From contig OZ245033.1 of the NCBI GenBank assembly GCA_965224025.1, positions 96,001 through 160,000 on the forward strand: a stretch of 64,000 bases of DNA. Reading direction: 5' to 3'. The notes beneath the pieces are model-generated. The model was not told where the DNA came from, made no database searches, and saw only the letters and a list, made by a program, of their open reading frames with translations. Origin of the DNA: Candidatus Multivorans sp. (lineage in GTDB: Bacteria > Acidobacteriota > Thermoanaerobaculia > Multivoradales > Multivoraceae). Shown in pieces: positions 1 through 9,739 of this stretch (positions within the stretch are counted from its first letter, which is position 1; the number at the start of each line of letters is the position of its first letter). The translations under genes and the position numbers were made by a program.

Positions 1-982
1 CGAAGCTCAACGGCACCAGCGCCAGGGGCGCCGTGGCGGCGACGCTCAGCCAGGCGGGCGCCGGGAGCTCGAGGGAGAAGGGCACGACGTAGAGCAGCAG
101 GAACGGCAGGTAGCCGCCGGCAACGCCGAACGCGATCCACTGCGTCTGGCGGCCCTGTTCCCAGCCGCGACGGGACAGCAGACTGCGACCGAGGACCGCG
201 GCCGCCGCCAGCGCGTAGACGACGAGCAGGACGAGTTCGATGCGGTCCTGCTGCTCCATGGTGGCTGCGTTCAACCCGCCGGTGAGCATTCCGTTGCCGA
301 AGATCTGGTCGAACTGCACGACCAGGAGTGCCGTGGCCGGCAGGTAGAGCCAGGGCACGGCGCGCCGCAGCCAGCGGGACCGCGGCCGCGCCGGGAACAC
401 GAGGAAGAAGTGCAGGGTGAGGGGCGGCAGCAGGAGGCGGCAGACGCTGTCGACCAGGTAGAAGATGCGGTCGATGCCGTCGTAGGGCGCGGCCGGCGTC
501 AGCAAGTAGACGGCGGCCGACGTCAACGTCCAGAGGTGGAAGAGCAGGATGGGCCGGCTGCGCTGCCGGCTCAGCGTGTAGAGGCCGATCAGCAGGTAGG
601 CGATCCCGGTCAGGGCCAGCACGAGGTAGGACCAGTCCAGGGTCACCCCGGGCAGGCTGTGGCGGGCCGAAACCAGTTCGTCGTCCCGAAGCACCTGCAG
701 GTCGCTCTCGCTGCAACAGCGCAGCAACCGGTCCAGTTCGTCGGCGGAGAGCGCCCGTTCCCCGTTGACCAGGACGACGATGTCGCCGGTCTCCAGGCCG
801 GATGCCTCGTCTGCCGACGCCACGCGCAGTCCGCTGTCGGTCGCCTCGGCCACGAGGCCGATCGTCTGGAAGGAGGCCACCTTGCGGCCGACCGAGAACC
901 CGCCCAGCCCGACGACCAGAATGGTCAGCAGGAGCAACGCCGCGGTGAGGCCGAGTCGGGCCGGTCGGGACTCGATGCGCAT
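1..982 (-). CDS. 5' part of a membrane sensor protein (PDZ-like periplasmic domain + multi-TM region), probably a sensor histidine kinase; runs off window start
   Basis: Not in the ORF track. Minus-strand reading from ATG 982 gives MRIESRPARLGLTAALLLL..., PDZ-like SGLETGDIVVLVNGE, then many hydrophobic helices (LHFFLVFP), open to position 1. Confidence 0.7.
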   Translation of the reverse strand, partial: MRIESRPARLGLTAALLLLTILVVGLGGFSVGRKVASFQTIGLVAEATDSGLRVASADEASGLETGDIVVLVNGERALSADELDRLLRCCSESDLQVLRDDELVSARHSLPGVTLDWSYLVLALTGIAYLLIGLYTLSRQRSRPILLFHLWTLTSAAVYLLTPAAPYDGIDRIFYLVDSVCRLLLPPLTLHFFLVFPARPRSRWLRRAVPWLYLPATALLVVQFDQIFGNGMLTGGLNAATMEQQDRIELVLLVVYALAAAAVLGRSLLSRRGWEQGRQTQWIAFGVAGGYLPFLLLYVVPFSLELPAPAWLSVAATAPLALVPLSF

Positions 983-1070
983 CCGGGATCTGCTTCTTGT
1001 GGGGTGTGGCTTCTTAGTCTCAGGCGCGGCCCGGGGCTACCCTTGTGGGGGCCTAATCAGTATGTCCTAT

Positions 1071-1086
1071 AGCACGTGCTGTGCCA
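1071..1086 (-). promoter_or_regulatory. sigma-54 (-24/-12) promoter upstream of the sensor gene
   Basis: Minus strand TGGCACAGCACGTGCT fits TGGCACNNNNNTTGCW spacing (GG...GC), about 90 nt upstream of ATG 982. Confidence 0.55.
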
Positions 1087-1307
1087 CCGGACATCGGCGC
1101 TTGGCCCTTGATTCTACGGCAGGTTAGCTGCGCGTGGGTTGGCGGATGTTCAATCTATTGATTGCGGAACGGTCTGTTGAAGTTCTTGGGCGCATGGCAC
1201 GGACTCTTGGATTCAAGATCCGGAGCTTCTCAACAGAAGCAGCGCGGGAGCTTCGCCAAGTCGACGCCGTCCAGCCCGTTCGGTTCCGGCGGGGGCCAGT
1301 GACTCGC

Positions 1308-3365
1308 CTAGAAGCGGACCGCGATCCCAGCCACGATGCGGCGGCGGAGCTGGTCGGGGTCGTGGCTGGAACTGATCGGCACGTGTCCGCGGCTGAGTTG
1401 CATCTCGAGCTGCAGGGCCCAGTTCTGCGGTCCCGTGACCCAGGGCAGGCCCTGGGTCAGCACGACCTGGATGCGCTCCACGGAGAGCACGGTGTCCCGA
1501 CCGCCGGCGGGCCGGAAGTCGGCGGCGTCGTGGGTCACGGGCGAGAGTCCCTGTTCGACCCAGCGGTAGGCGACCAGGACGCCGGTCGAGCTGCGCTCGA
1601 ACTGGGTGTCGGCGCTGGCGACGAGGTAGCGGACCTCGTTGCGGAAACTGCCGCTGCCGCCTCTGGCGCGCAGCAGACCGCCGCCGCCGGCGGCCGCCGA
1701 GGAACTGACGCGGGTCAGGATCTTCTCGCCCAGGCGCTGCTGCAGACCGAACTGAAGTTCCTCGACCTGGTCGCCGTCGACCAGCAGCAGGCTCTCCAGC
1801 CGGTCGAAGATGTCGCGGCTGAAGTACAACCGGACGTTGTCGGCGAACTGCCGCCGGTTGGCGCCGAACTCGAAGCGATGGTCCTGGTCCGATGCGCCGA
1901 GCCGGCGGCTGAGCTTGACCCGGTAGCAGTGCTCGTAGGCCGTGCCGCAGGCTTCGTCGTCCTGGTACTGCACCGGCAGGAAGTCGCGGAAGAGAAGCTC
2001 TTCGGAGTCGACCCGCTGGCTGGCCGCGATCCTGGCCAGCCAGCGCGAACCGAGTTCGACCACGAAGCCGGCCTGAGGCGTGAACGAGAGACTGCCGTCG
2101 CTCAGGGTGCTGAACATCCCGTACTCGAGGACGACGGTGGGCTGGATCTCCCAGTCGCCCTGACCGAAGACGTCGAAGCGCTGGTGGGAATCCTCGCCCC
2201 AACTGGAAAACCGGCCGTTGCCGTAGGCCTGCCGTTCGCGGTAGCTGACGCCGGTCTCAAGCGACGTGGTGGCGGTGATCTGCCGCTCGTAGGCGCCGCG
2301 AAACTCCAGGGTGGTCGACGACATCGGTGAATCGATCGCGGCCAGCGCCTGGCTGTGTACCCCGCTGGGGCCGGCGTAGAGATCGCCGAAGCCGTGATGG
2401 AAGTTGTTGTCCGCGGTGTAGCGGGCCTCGAAGTGCGAGGCGCCGCCGCCGGCCGCCTGTTCCAGGCGCACGCCGTAGCTCTCCAGACCGGCGCCCGCGG
2501 CGGAGTCCCAGTCGTCCAAGGCCCCGGCCTGGGCGCCTTGGAAGCGGTGACGCTGCGACGTGAACTGGATGTTGGAGCCCCGGCGGTTCACGTTGAGCGC
2601 GAAGGCATGGCTGTCGCCGAGCGGCTGCTGGGCCGTATCGGTACGGAAGGCCTGACGCTTGAACTCGCGCAGATCGGAGCGGAGGGCGAGCTGCGTTTCG
2701 CCGAACTGGCTGCGGAGATCGAGCTGGCTGCCCAGAACCCGGGCGCCGGCCCCGCCGGCCTCTTCGATGCCGGAAAGGGTCCGTAGCTCCGCCTCGAATC
2801 GCTCCCGCTGAATCGCCGTCTCTAGCGCCCAGCCCTGGTCGTCGGCAATCGCCTCGGCGATCTGGATCTGGCGCAGCACGTCGCTGGGGATGCGCGCGCG
2901 GACCGACCAGAAGTCCTCTTCGTCCTCCTCGCCGCCCTTGCCGGAGCGGTGCCCCCGGGCGCCCAGCTCGAAGTCGAGCGACTGGACCGATTCGCTCGTG
3001 GTCCGGGTCAGTTCCACCACCGCGGGAACGTATCCCGGCCGGTGGGCGATCACCCGGTAGATACCCGCGGACAGGGGCTGGAAGGCATAGCGCCCGAATC
3101 GATCGGTCGTCGTCCGGAGCTTGCTGCTGTCGGCGACGTCGTAGACGTAGACCTGGGCCGCGGGCAGCGGCGCCTTGCCGGCATTGACGCGGCCGACCAG
3201 CCGCCCCGATGTCGGATCGCCGAGGCTGGGCACGTCGAGGCCCGCCCGGAGCGGCGCGGCGGCGAACAGCGCGACCGCGGCGACCGGCGCCAGGACTCCA
3301 GCCGAGAGCAGGCGCGCGCGCGCCAGGGTCGACCCGGAGTCGCCGGGATGGTTCCGGCAATTCAT
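1308..3365 (-). CDS. Secreted/outer-membrane protein with carboxypeptidase-regulatory-like domain and probable beta-barrel
   Basis: Signal peptide; TTTDRFGRYAFQPLSAGIYRVIAHRPGY motif; amphipathic beta-strands; C-terminal VRF. Start ATG 3365 or GTG 3374. Confidence 0.65.
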   Translation of the reverse strand: MNCRNHPGDSGSTLARARLLSAGVLAPVAAVALFAAAPLRAGLDVPSLGDPTSGRLVGRVNAGKAPLPAAQVYVYDVADSSKLRTTTDRFGRYAFQPLSAGIYRVIAHRPGYVPAVVELTRTTSESVQSLDFELGARGHRSGKGGEEDEEDFWSVRARIPSDVLRQIQIAEAIADDQGWALETAIQRERFEAELRTLSGIEEAGGAGARVLGSQLDLRSQFGETQLALRSDLREFKRQAFRTDTAQQPLGDSHAFALNVNRRGSNIQFTSQRHRFQGAQAGALDDWDSAAGAGLESYGVRLEQAAGGGASHFEARYTADNNFHHGFGDLYAGPSGVHSQALAAIDSPMSSTTLEFRGAYERQITATTSLETGVSYRERQAYGNGRFSSWGEDSHQRFDVFGQGDWEIQPTVVLEYGMFSTLSDGSLSFTPQAGFVVELGSRWLARIAASQRVDSEELLFRDFLPVQYQDDEACGTAYEHCYRVKLSRRLGASDQDHRFEFGANRRQFADNVRLYFSRDIFDRLESLLLVDGDQVEELQFGLQQRLGEKILTRVSSSAAAGGGGLLRARGGSGSFRNEVRYLVASADTQFERSSTGVLVAYRWVEQGLSPVTHDAADFRPAGGRDTVLSVERIQVVLTQGLPWVTGPQNWALQLEMQLSRGHVPISSSHDPDQLRRRIVAGIAVRF

Positions 3366-3366
3366 G

Positions 3367-4143
3367 TCAGCCACTGACTATAGCGGATGAGTCGGCCGGT
3401 AGACCGAGTGTCCGCGCCGGCACAAAGACGATGACCTCCGCCGCGCCCGCGGCCCGCAGGCACCGGGCGGCCCGACCGGCCGTGGCGCCCGTGGTGACGA
3501 CATCGTCGACCAGGAGCACGACGCGGTCACGGACGTCGGCGGGGCGGGGGCAGTGGAACACGACGGTCGGGTTGGCGAGCCGCTGGCGCCGGCTCCGGCC
3601 GACCTGCGGCCGGCCCAGGGTCCGCCGTCGCAGCGCGGAGCGCAGGGGGCGCTCGAGCTGCCCGGCCAGCGGGCGGGCGATCGACTCGGCATGGTTTCGG
3701 CCGCGGACGAGGCGGCGGCGCCAGTGCATCGGCATCGGGACGATCAACTCCGCGCGGCGCAGTTCCATTCCCAGCGCGCCCACCGCCTCGGCCGCGATGT
3801 GGCGGCCCAGGTAGTCGAGGCGCTGGTGCTTCAGTCCCAGGATCACCTTGTCGATCGGCGGCCGGTACACCCAGAGCCAGAAGAAGGCGTCGCAGCCCTC
3901 CAGCCGGTCACCGGCCGCGGCGCCGCGCGGAGGCGGCGCCAGCAGGCGGCGGCAGTTCGGGCACAGGCTGAGCTCCCGCTGCGCCGGAGCGGAGCAGGCG
4001 AGACAGACCCGGGGCAGGAGCAGGTGAAGGGCGAGGGCAAGGACGCGTCGCGCGCAGTTCCCCGCGCTCCGGCCAAGGCGTAGCGCCGCGGCCCGGATCC
4101 GCGCCACTCGCGAACCAGTCCGGGCGCGAGTCATCGAGCGCAC
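3367..4143 (-). CDS. comF: ComF family competence protein (Zn ribbon + phosphoribosyltransferase); start uncertain
   Basis: CLAC...LCPNC, VPMPMHWRRRLVRGRNHA, VLLVDDVVTTGAT. Confidence 0.85.
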   Translation of the reverse strand: MRSMTRARTGSRVARIRAAALRLGRSAGNCARRVLALALHLLLPRVCLACSAPAQRELSLCPNCRRLLAPPPRGAAAGDRLEGCDAFFWLWVYRPPIDKVILGLKHQRLDYLGRHIAAEAVGALGMELRRAELIVPMPMHWRRRLVRGRNHAESIARPLAGQLERPLRSALRRRTLGRPQVGRSRRQRLANPTVVFHCPRPADVRDRVVLLVDDVVTTGATAGRAARCLRAAGAAEVIVFVPARTLGLPADSSAIVSG

Positions 4144-4146
4144 GGA
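4096..4146 (+). repeat. Double-hairpin intergenic repeat, copy 1 (degenerate)
   Basis: gatccgcgccactcgcgaacca...tcatcgagcgcacgga, similar to 11117-11179 and the reverse complement of 38898-38960. Confidence 0.75.
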
Positions 4147-4314
4147 GGGACGTTCTGGCGCCGGGATCCGTAGAACGAAGTAGGCAGTCTTCCGGTGGGT
4201 GGGCCGTTTTCGGTCATTCCTGCCGACAAGGACGAATTCCGCCCGCCCTTCGTGGTGCCGGGTGTCGTGGGGTGCTGGTTGCTAGAGTCCCGGCGCGCCT
4301 ATAAGGAGATTCAC

Positions 4315-4893
4315 TTGACCGCATCGGATCCTCAGTCCCGTCCCGGCTGCGCGCGCCCGTGGGCGCCGCGACGCGTTTACCGTCCCGTCGTTCTGTTGAT
4401 GGCGACGGTCCTCCTGCTGCTCGTCGGCGCGGGCACGGCCGCGGCCCAGGAGCGGTACAGCTACACCGTCACGCTCAGCCCCACGGTCGGCGGCAGTTTC
4501 AGCGAGGGAACGGACGAAGGAGGCGTCCAGGCCGCGTTCTCCTGGCGTACGCAGCCTCGCACCGCGGTCGGGATTCGTTTCGGCAGCATCGGTCTCAGCG
4601 GCGATCAGTTGGGCGCCCTGGCGAGCCCGACCTTCCGCTACGCGACGATCGCGGGTGAGTACCGCTTCCAGGAGCTCTACTACCAGTCCGGTGTGTTCTT
4701 CGGCCTCGGTCTCTACCAACTCGGCAGCGGCGTGGACTCGGAAGAGGGCCCCGGTCTGACCCTCGGCGTCTCCGGCGACTTCCCGATCAACGAGCGTCTG
4801 TCCGTGGTCGTCGAGCTCTCGGGCCACTACGCGGACATCGATGTCGCCAGCACCTACGCCGCCGTCCATGTGGGCGTGGCGTACCAGTTCTAG
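4315..4893 (+). CDS. Small outer-membrane beta-barrel protein
   Basis: AAGGAG RBS before TTG 4315; signal peptide ending AAA-Q; alternating beta-strands; C-terminal VGVAYQF. Confidence 0.7.
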   Translation: MTASDPQSRPGCARPWAPRRVYRPVVLLMATVLLLLVGAGTAAAQERYSYTVTLSPTVGGSFSEGTDEGGVQAAFSWRTQPRTAVGIRFGSIGLSGDQLGALASPTFRYATIAGEYRFQELYYQSGVFFGLGLYQLGSGVDSEEGPGLTLGVSGDFPINERLSVVVELSGHYADIDVASTYAAVHVGVAYQF

Positions 4894-4978
4894 CTGCCAG
4901 GGGCCGCGGGGAGCCGGATCGTCCTTGCTGGCAGCTGGTGCCGGAGACTGCTGCCAATTGATATATTCCGCCGCTGTC

Positions 4979-5329
4979 ATGCCTCTCTACGAGTACCGCT
5001 GCACGGAGTGCGAGGCCACGCTGGAGGCGATCCAGGCGTTCGCCGCGCCGCCGCTGGAGGAGTGTCCGGAGTGCGGCCGGAGCAGCCTGAAGAAGCTGCT
5101 CTCCGCGCCCGCATTCCAGTTCAAGGGCAGCGGCTGGTACGTGAACGACTACGCGCGCAAGGACAAGAGCCGGGCCGGGGACGCCAAGTCCGACGGCGCA
5201 GCGGCGAATGGCAACGGCTCGGGCGGCAACGGCAAGTCCGAGGCGAAGGAGCCGTCGGACACGGGCAAGACGGACGGCGCCTCGACCTCCTCCGCCAAGC
5301 CCAAGAGTTCCAAATCCGCCGCCTCGTAG
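4979..5329 (+). CDS. FmdB family zinc-ribbon protein
   Basis: MPLYEYRCTEC...CPECG...FQFKGSGWYVNDY. Confidence 0.9.
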   Translation: MPLYEYRCTECEATLEAIQAFAAPPLEECPECGRSSLKKLLSAPAFQFKGSGWYVNDYARKDKSRAGDAKSDGAAANGNGSGGNGKSEAKEPSDTGKTDGASTSSAKPKSSKSAAS

Positions 5330-5365
5330 CGGCGTCCGCCGCGCCGTCCCCCAGGCTGCGGGGCG

Positions 5366-5410
5366 CGGTGAGGCATCACGCCCCGGACCAGCGACTTGTG
5401 AAGACGCCGG
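5366..5410 (-). repeat. Degenerate partial copy of the tRNA-Sec anticodon/variable arm
   Basis: cggtgaggcatcacgccccggaccagcgacttgtgaagac aligns with tRNA 5443-5480 cggtgacgcatcacgctccggacaacggttttgaagac. Confidence 0.6.
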
Positions 5411-5510
5411 TGGCGGAAGCGCATGGGAATCGAACCCACCCCCGGTGACGCATCACGCTCCGGACAACGGTTTTGAAGACCGCGGGAGGCACCAGCCCCC
5501 GAGCGCTTCC
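5411..5510 (-). tRNA. selC: tRNA-Sec (anticodon UCA)
   Basis: GGAAGCGC...CT-TCA-AA..., long variable arm, GGTTCGATTCC, GCGCTTCC-GCCA; 100 nt, 8-bp acceptor stem. Confidence 0.95.
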
Positions 5511-5598
5511 ACCGGGCAGCATATCCTCGGCCCACCGGTCCAGCGCCGGACTCCATGACCGAAACAGGAGCCCTACGATGACGACGAGGAGCGCAGCG

Positions 5599-6201
5599 AT
5601 GAGGATCTCGACCGTCCACCTGCTGCCCCGCGTGCCGGCGCTCGGCCTGGCGCTCCTGCTCCTTGCCTGCGGCCCCGATGCGCCCGCCCAGGGAAACGCC
5701 GGCGCCGAGGAAGCAGCCCAGGCCGTCGAGCTGTCGGCGCCGGTCAGCGCCAACGGCGTGTCGATAGCGCTGCCGGCGGCGTGGAACCGGGTCGAACCCC
5801 GGTCGAGGATGCGCATGCTGGAGGCCGAGATTCCCGGTACGGGCGGCGTGGGCGAGATCTCGATGTACTACTTCGGGCCCGGCGGCGGCGGCGGCGCGGC
5901 GGCGAACGTCGAACGCTGGAAGAGCCAGGTCGTCCTCGAAGCCGGCGCTCCCGAGCCCATCACCCGGAGCCGGGAGAGCAATGGCGTCCGCCGCATCTGG
6001 ATCGAGCTCGAGGGCACGGTCGAGGCGAGCACGATCGGCAGCTTTCCGACCACGGACCAGCCGGACTTCGCGCTCTACGGCGCGGTCATCGAAGCGCCCG
6101 GCGGCCCCTGGTTCCTGCGCGCCGTCGGCCCAGCAGCGACGATGCGAGAGCAGCGCCAGGCGTTCCTGGCCATGCTCGACAGCGCCCGCCCGGAGGGCTA
6201 G
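5599..6201 (+). CDS. Hypothetical lipoprotein
   Basis: AGGAG RBS; lipobox LLAC; YYFGPGGGGGAAANVERWKSQ and GPWFLRAVGP motifs. Confidence 0.7.
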   Translation: MRISTVHLLPRVPALGLALLLLACGPDAPAQGNAGAEEAAQAVELSAPVSANGVSIALPAAWNRVEPRSRMRMLEAEIPGTGGVGEISMYYFGPGGGGGAAANVERWKSQVVLEAGAPEPITRSRESNGVRRIWIELEGTVEASTIGSFPTTDQPDFALYGAVIEAPGGPWFLRAVGPAATMREQRQAFLAMLDSARPEG

Positions 6202-6317
6202 CCAAGGAGGCTGAGCCGCCCACGCGGGGATCGGAGGGGCTTCTGGCGCCGGCGTGGCGAGTGGCGGGGAAGCGGGCTTTGCCGAGGCAAGGCCGCGAGG
6301 TTTCGAGCCGACCGGAA

Positions 6318-6393
<76 letters not shown>

Positions 6394-6431
6394 ACGGGTC
6401 GGCGGCGCGTGAGTGTAGCAGCAGGCTGACG

Positions 6432-7649
6432 CTACAGCGGCAGGACCTCGCACGGCTCTTCGGCCCCGGCCGGGCTGCTGAACTTCGGTACCCGCACGAG
6501 CCCGCAGCCGGCGCCGTACGCCACCAGGTCGTGGGAACCGAGGGGCGGCCGCGGGTCGGCCAGCACCATCCCGGACTCGACCCGGAGCCGGCAGGGAAGG
6601 AAGCGGTCACGCCACTTCGCGCCGGGCAGCTCCCCGGTGAGCCGTGCGCTGAGTGCTCCCCGCCAGTAACTGTCTTCGACTCCCGTCATGCGTCGCAACA
6701 GGGGACGCACCAGCAACCAGTACGTGACCATGGCCGAGGCGGGGTTGCCGGGCAAGCCGAACACCCATCCCCGGTCGTGGCGAGCGGCCACCAGGGGCTT
6801 CCCAGGCTGGATCGCAACCGCGTCGAACAGGATGCGGCAGCCGAGAGCGGTGTCGCCGAGAACCTGTTCCACGAAGTCGAACTCGCCCATGGAGACGCCG
6901 CCGGAGATCAGCAGCACGTCCGATTCCAGGCCGCGTTCGACCTTGGCCTGGAGTTCGGCGGGATCGTCCCGCGCAATACCGAGCGAGCGGGCCTCGATGC
7001 CCAATTGCGAGAGGGCGGCTCGCAGGAAGTCCCGGTGCGAGTCGCGAAGTTGACCGGGTCCCGGTTCCGCTTCGGCAGGCACGACCTCGTCTCCAGTCGA
7101 GAGCGTGGCGACCGTGGGCCGGCGGTACACCGGCGCCTCGCTAATGCCATGGGTCGCCAGCACGCCCGCTCCGCCGGGTGTCAGCAGTTCCCCCGCCGCC
7201 AGCAGCGGCCCGCCGGACGCGGTGACCTCGGCTTGCCGGCGGATGTGGCTGTCCGCCGGCACCGGCTCCGCGATGCGGACAGCGCCCGTTGGGGCGTCCG
7301 TGGCGTCGCCGGGCTCGAACTCCGCCTGTTCGATCGGGATCACCCGGTCCGCCCCGGCCGGCGCGGGCGCTCCGGTCATGATCCGCAGGGCGGCGCCGGG
7401 TCGAAGTTCCGCTCCCGGCGGATCGCCGGCGGCGACGGTTCCCTCGACCGGCAGGACGGTACCCGGCTCGACGTCGGCGCCGAGAGCGAAGCCGTCCATC
7501 GCCGAGACGTCGTGCGCGGGAACGTCGACGGTGGCGGTCAGGGCCTCTGCCAGAACGCGGCCGATCGCATCGGCCCGGGTTGCGCGTTCGACTTCGAGCG
7601 TTTCGGCTTCGGCGGCGATGGCGGCCCAGGCTTCCTCAGGCGAGAGCAT
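6432..7649 (-). CDS. moeA: Molybdopterin molybdotransferase
   Basis: SAMDGFA, RIMTGA, STGDE, SGGVSMGEFD, QPGKP, GLPGNP. Confidence 0.95.
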   Translation of the reverse strand: MLSPEEAWAAIAAEAETLEVERATRADAIGRVLAEALTATVDVPAHDVSAMDGFALGADVEPGTVLPVEGTVAAGDPPGAELRPGAALRIMTGAPAPAGADRVIPIEQAEFEPGDATDAPTGAVRIAEPVPADSHIRRQAEVTASGGPLLAAGELLTPGGAGVLATHGISEAPVYRRPTVATLSTGDEVVPAEAEPGPGQLRDSHRDFLRAALSQLGIEARSLGIARDDPAELQAKVERGLESDVLLISGGVSMGEFDFVEQVLGDTALGCRILFDAVAIQPGKPLVAARHDRGWVFGLPGNPASAMVTYWLLVRPLLRRMTGVEDSYWRGALSARLTGELPGAKWRDRFLPCRLRVESGMVLADPRPPLGSHDLVAYGAGCGLVRVPKFSSPAGAEEPCEVLPL

Positions 7650-7690
7650 GGCGTGTTGTTACCTGAGGCACCGGGCTGTCGTCAATCGCT

Positions 7691-8833
7691 TCACCCGATC
7701 TGCGTCAAGGCCGAGTACATCGGCAGGTACATCGAGATCACGATGGCGCCGATGACGATGCCGAGGATGCTGATCAGCGCGGGTTCGAGGAGCTTCATCA
7801 TGGAGTCGACGTCGTTGTCGACCTCTTCCTCGTAGAAGTCGGCGATGCGGGTGAGCATGGGGCTCAGGGTGCCGGTCTGTTCGCCGACGTAGACGATCTG
7901 GCAGAGCATGGCGGGGAAGATCTTCGTGCGGCGCAGCGACTGGTTGATCGGGCGGCCCTGTTCGACTTCGCGGCGCACCTTGCGAAGGGCGTCCGTGACG
8001 ACGACGTTGCCGGCGGCGTCGGCGGCAATGGACAGCGCGCTCAGGATGGGGATGCCCGAGGAGAGCAGGATGGACAGGGTGCGGCAGGTCCGGCCGGTGA
8101 CGATGCGCAGCATGAGTTTGCCGACGACGGGCAGCCGCAGCAGGAGACGGTCGGCCGATTGCCGGCCGCGCCGGGTACGGAGCAGCCGGTTCGCCGCGAA
8201 CCCGCCCGCCGCGGCGAGCGCGAACAGGACGAGCACGTAGGCGCCGATGAACTCGCTGACGCCGACCACGAGCCGGGTCAGGAGCGGCAGGTCGCCGCCG
8301 ATGTCGTCGAAGAGGTGCTGAAACACCGGGATCACCTTCCACAGGATGAGGAACACGACCGCGGCTGCGACGGTGAGGATGGCGGCCGGATAGGTCAGTG
8401 CGGAGCGCACCTGGTTGCGTAGCTTGGCGACCTTCTCGATGTGGGTCGCCAGCCGATCCATCACCGTGTTCAGAGCGCCGCTGGCCTCGCCCGATGCGAC
8501 CAGGTTGACGTAGAGATCGCCGAAGGCGCGTGGGCGCCGCTTCATCGCGCCGGCGAGGCCGGCGCCCGCTTCGACCTCCGAGCGGACTTCGAGCAGGATC
8601 GAGCGCAGGCCGGGGTGCTGGCCCTCGACGCTGAGAATCTCCAGGCTCTGGAGCAGAGGCAGGCCGGCGTCGAGCAGCACCGCGAACTGGCGGCTGAAGA
8701 CGGCGAGTGTCTTGGGGCCGACTCGGCGGCCCGGCCGCCACCAGGCTGGGCGGCGGTCGTGCCGGGGTTCGCCCTCGTCGGCCTTCGGGTCGGGTCCGGG
8801 GGCGTCGTCGTCGTCGAGCCAGCGCGGGAGCAT
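7691..8833 (-). CDS. pilC: Type IV pilus/T2SS F-family platform protein
   Basis: FSRQFAVLLDAGLPLLQSL, GEASGAL, GEQTGTL, LLEPALI...MYLPMY. Confidence 0.9.
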   Translation of the reverse strand: MLPRWLDDDDAPGPDPKADEGEPRHDRRPAWWRPGRRVGPKTLAVFSRQFAVLLDAGLPLLQSLEILSVEGQHPGLRSILLEVRSEVEAGAGLAGAMKRRPRAFGDLYVNLVASGEASGALNTVMDRLATHIEKVAKLRNQVRSALTYPAAILTVAAAVVFLILWKVIPVFQHLFDDIGGDLPLLTRLVVGVSEFIGAYVLVLFALAAAGGFAANRLLRTRRGRQSADRLLLRLPVVGKLMLRIVTGRTCRTLSILLSSGIPILSALSIAADAAGNVVVTDALRKVRREVEQGRPINQSLRRTKIFPAMLCQIVYVGEQTGTLSPMLTRIADFYEEEVDNDVDSMMKLLEPALISILGIVIGAIVISMYLPMYSALTQIG

Positions 8834-8937
8834 CGGTCAACCTCTCCGGGAGGTGGGACCGGGTCCGGGAAGCGCGCGCCTCCGCGCGCGCTCCCGCGCA
8901 CCGGCCCGCGCCGCTCCCGCCGCGCTGCCGGGTTCCT

Positions 8938-9654
8938 CTATTCGGGCTGGGTTTCGTCCGCTGGCGCCGGGGTGCTGGCCACGTCCATTTCGCCGAGCAG
9001 TACGAGCATGTGATTGTTGATCCGGGCGGCGCTGTCCGCGTCGCTGCCGGCGGGGTGCTCGTAAGCCAGGGTGACCAGGCGGTTCTCGATCGGATGCAGC
9101 ATGAACAGACGGATCTGCTGGCGGGTCGTGCCGTCGTCGGCCAGGAAGCGGCCGCGGGTGTACTGGGCGGGTCCGAGCGGACCGATGATCTGCCGGCCGC
9201 CGAGGGAATCGCCCTCCGGCAACCCCTCGTAGTACGGCGCGTGGCTCTTCGCCACGTCGTTGAGCTCGATGCCGAAATCGCTGGGCTCGCCGAGTTCCAG
9301 CCACAGGCTTCCTGCCGGTCCGGCGGGCGCCTGGGTGGTCTCGATGAGGTCGCACGTGAGTTCGAACGGCAACTCGCTCGGCTCGACGCGGGTGCAGCCG
9401 TCCGGCAGGAGGTTGAAGGCGAGCGCCTCCTCCTCCAGGACGATGCGCTCCAGACCGGTTTCCTCCGGTTCCGCCGCGCTCTGGCAGCCGATGGGAATGG
9501 TCCAGACACCTGTACAGACCAAGACGAAAAGCGCGGCGCGGAATGCGGTGCCGAGCCGTTCGCGGCCGAGCGGAGCAGGGGTCACGAGGCACCGGGCATC
9601 GCGGGGACAGTACCATGCGGCCAGCGGGCAACGACGGTTGGTCGGCGCAGGCAA
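8938..9654 (-). CDS. Hypothetical lipoprotein/secreted protein (start probably downstream)
   Basis: Hydrophobic stretch ending IPIGC followed by an acidic globular domain; coding-like codon usage. Confidence 0.55.
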   Translation of the reverse strand: MPAPTNRRCPLAAWYCPRDARCLVTPAPLGRERLGTAFRAALFVLVCTGVWTIPIGCQSAAEPEETGLERIVLEEEALAFNLLPDGCTRVEPSELPFELTCDLIETTQAPAGPAGSLWLELGEPSDFGIELNDVAKSHAPYYEGLPEGDSLGGRQIIGPLGPAQYTRGRFLADDGTTRQQIRLFMLHPIENRLVTLAYEHPAGSDADSAARINNHMLVLLGEMDVASTPAPADETQPE

Positions 9655-9739
9655 GACGGTAGGTCGGCGCAGGCAGCCCGTGGTGAACGGCGCCGGATGC
9701 CCGCGTCTTCAGAATCGGAATCGATGGGAGGAAGTCACG

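Noticed and set aside
1195-1210. Plus-strand sigma-54 site TGGCACGGACTCTTGG
   Set aside because: Wrong spacing, no GC at -12, and no plus-strand gene downstream
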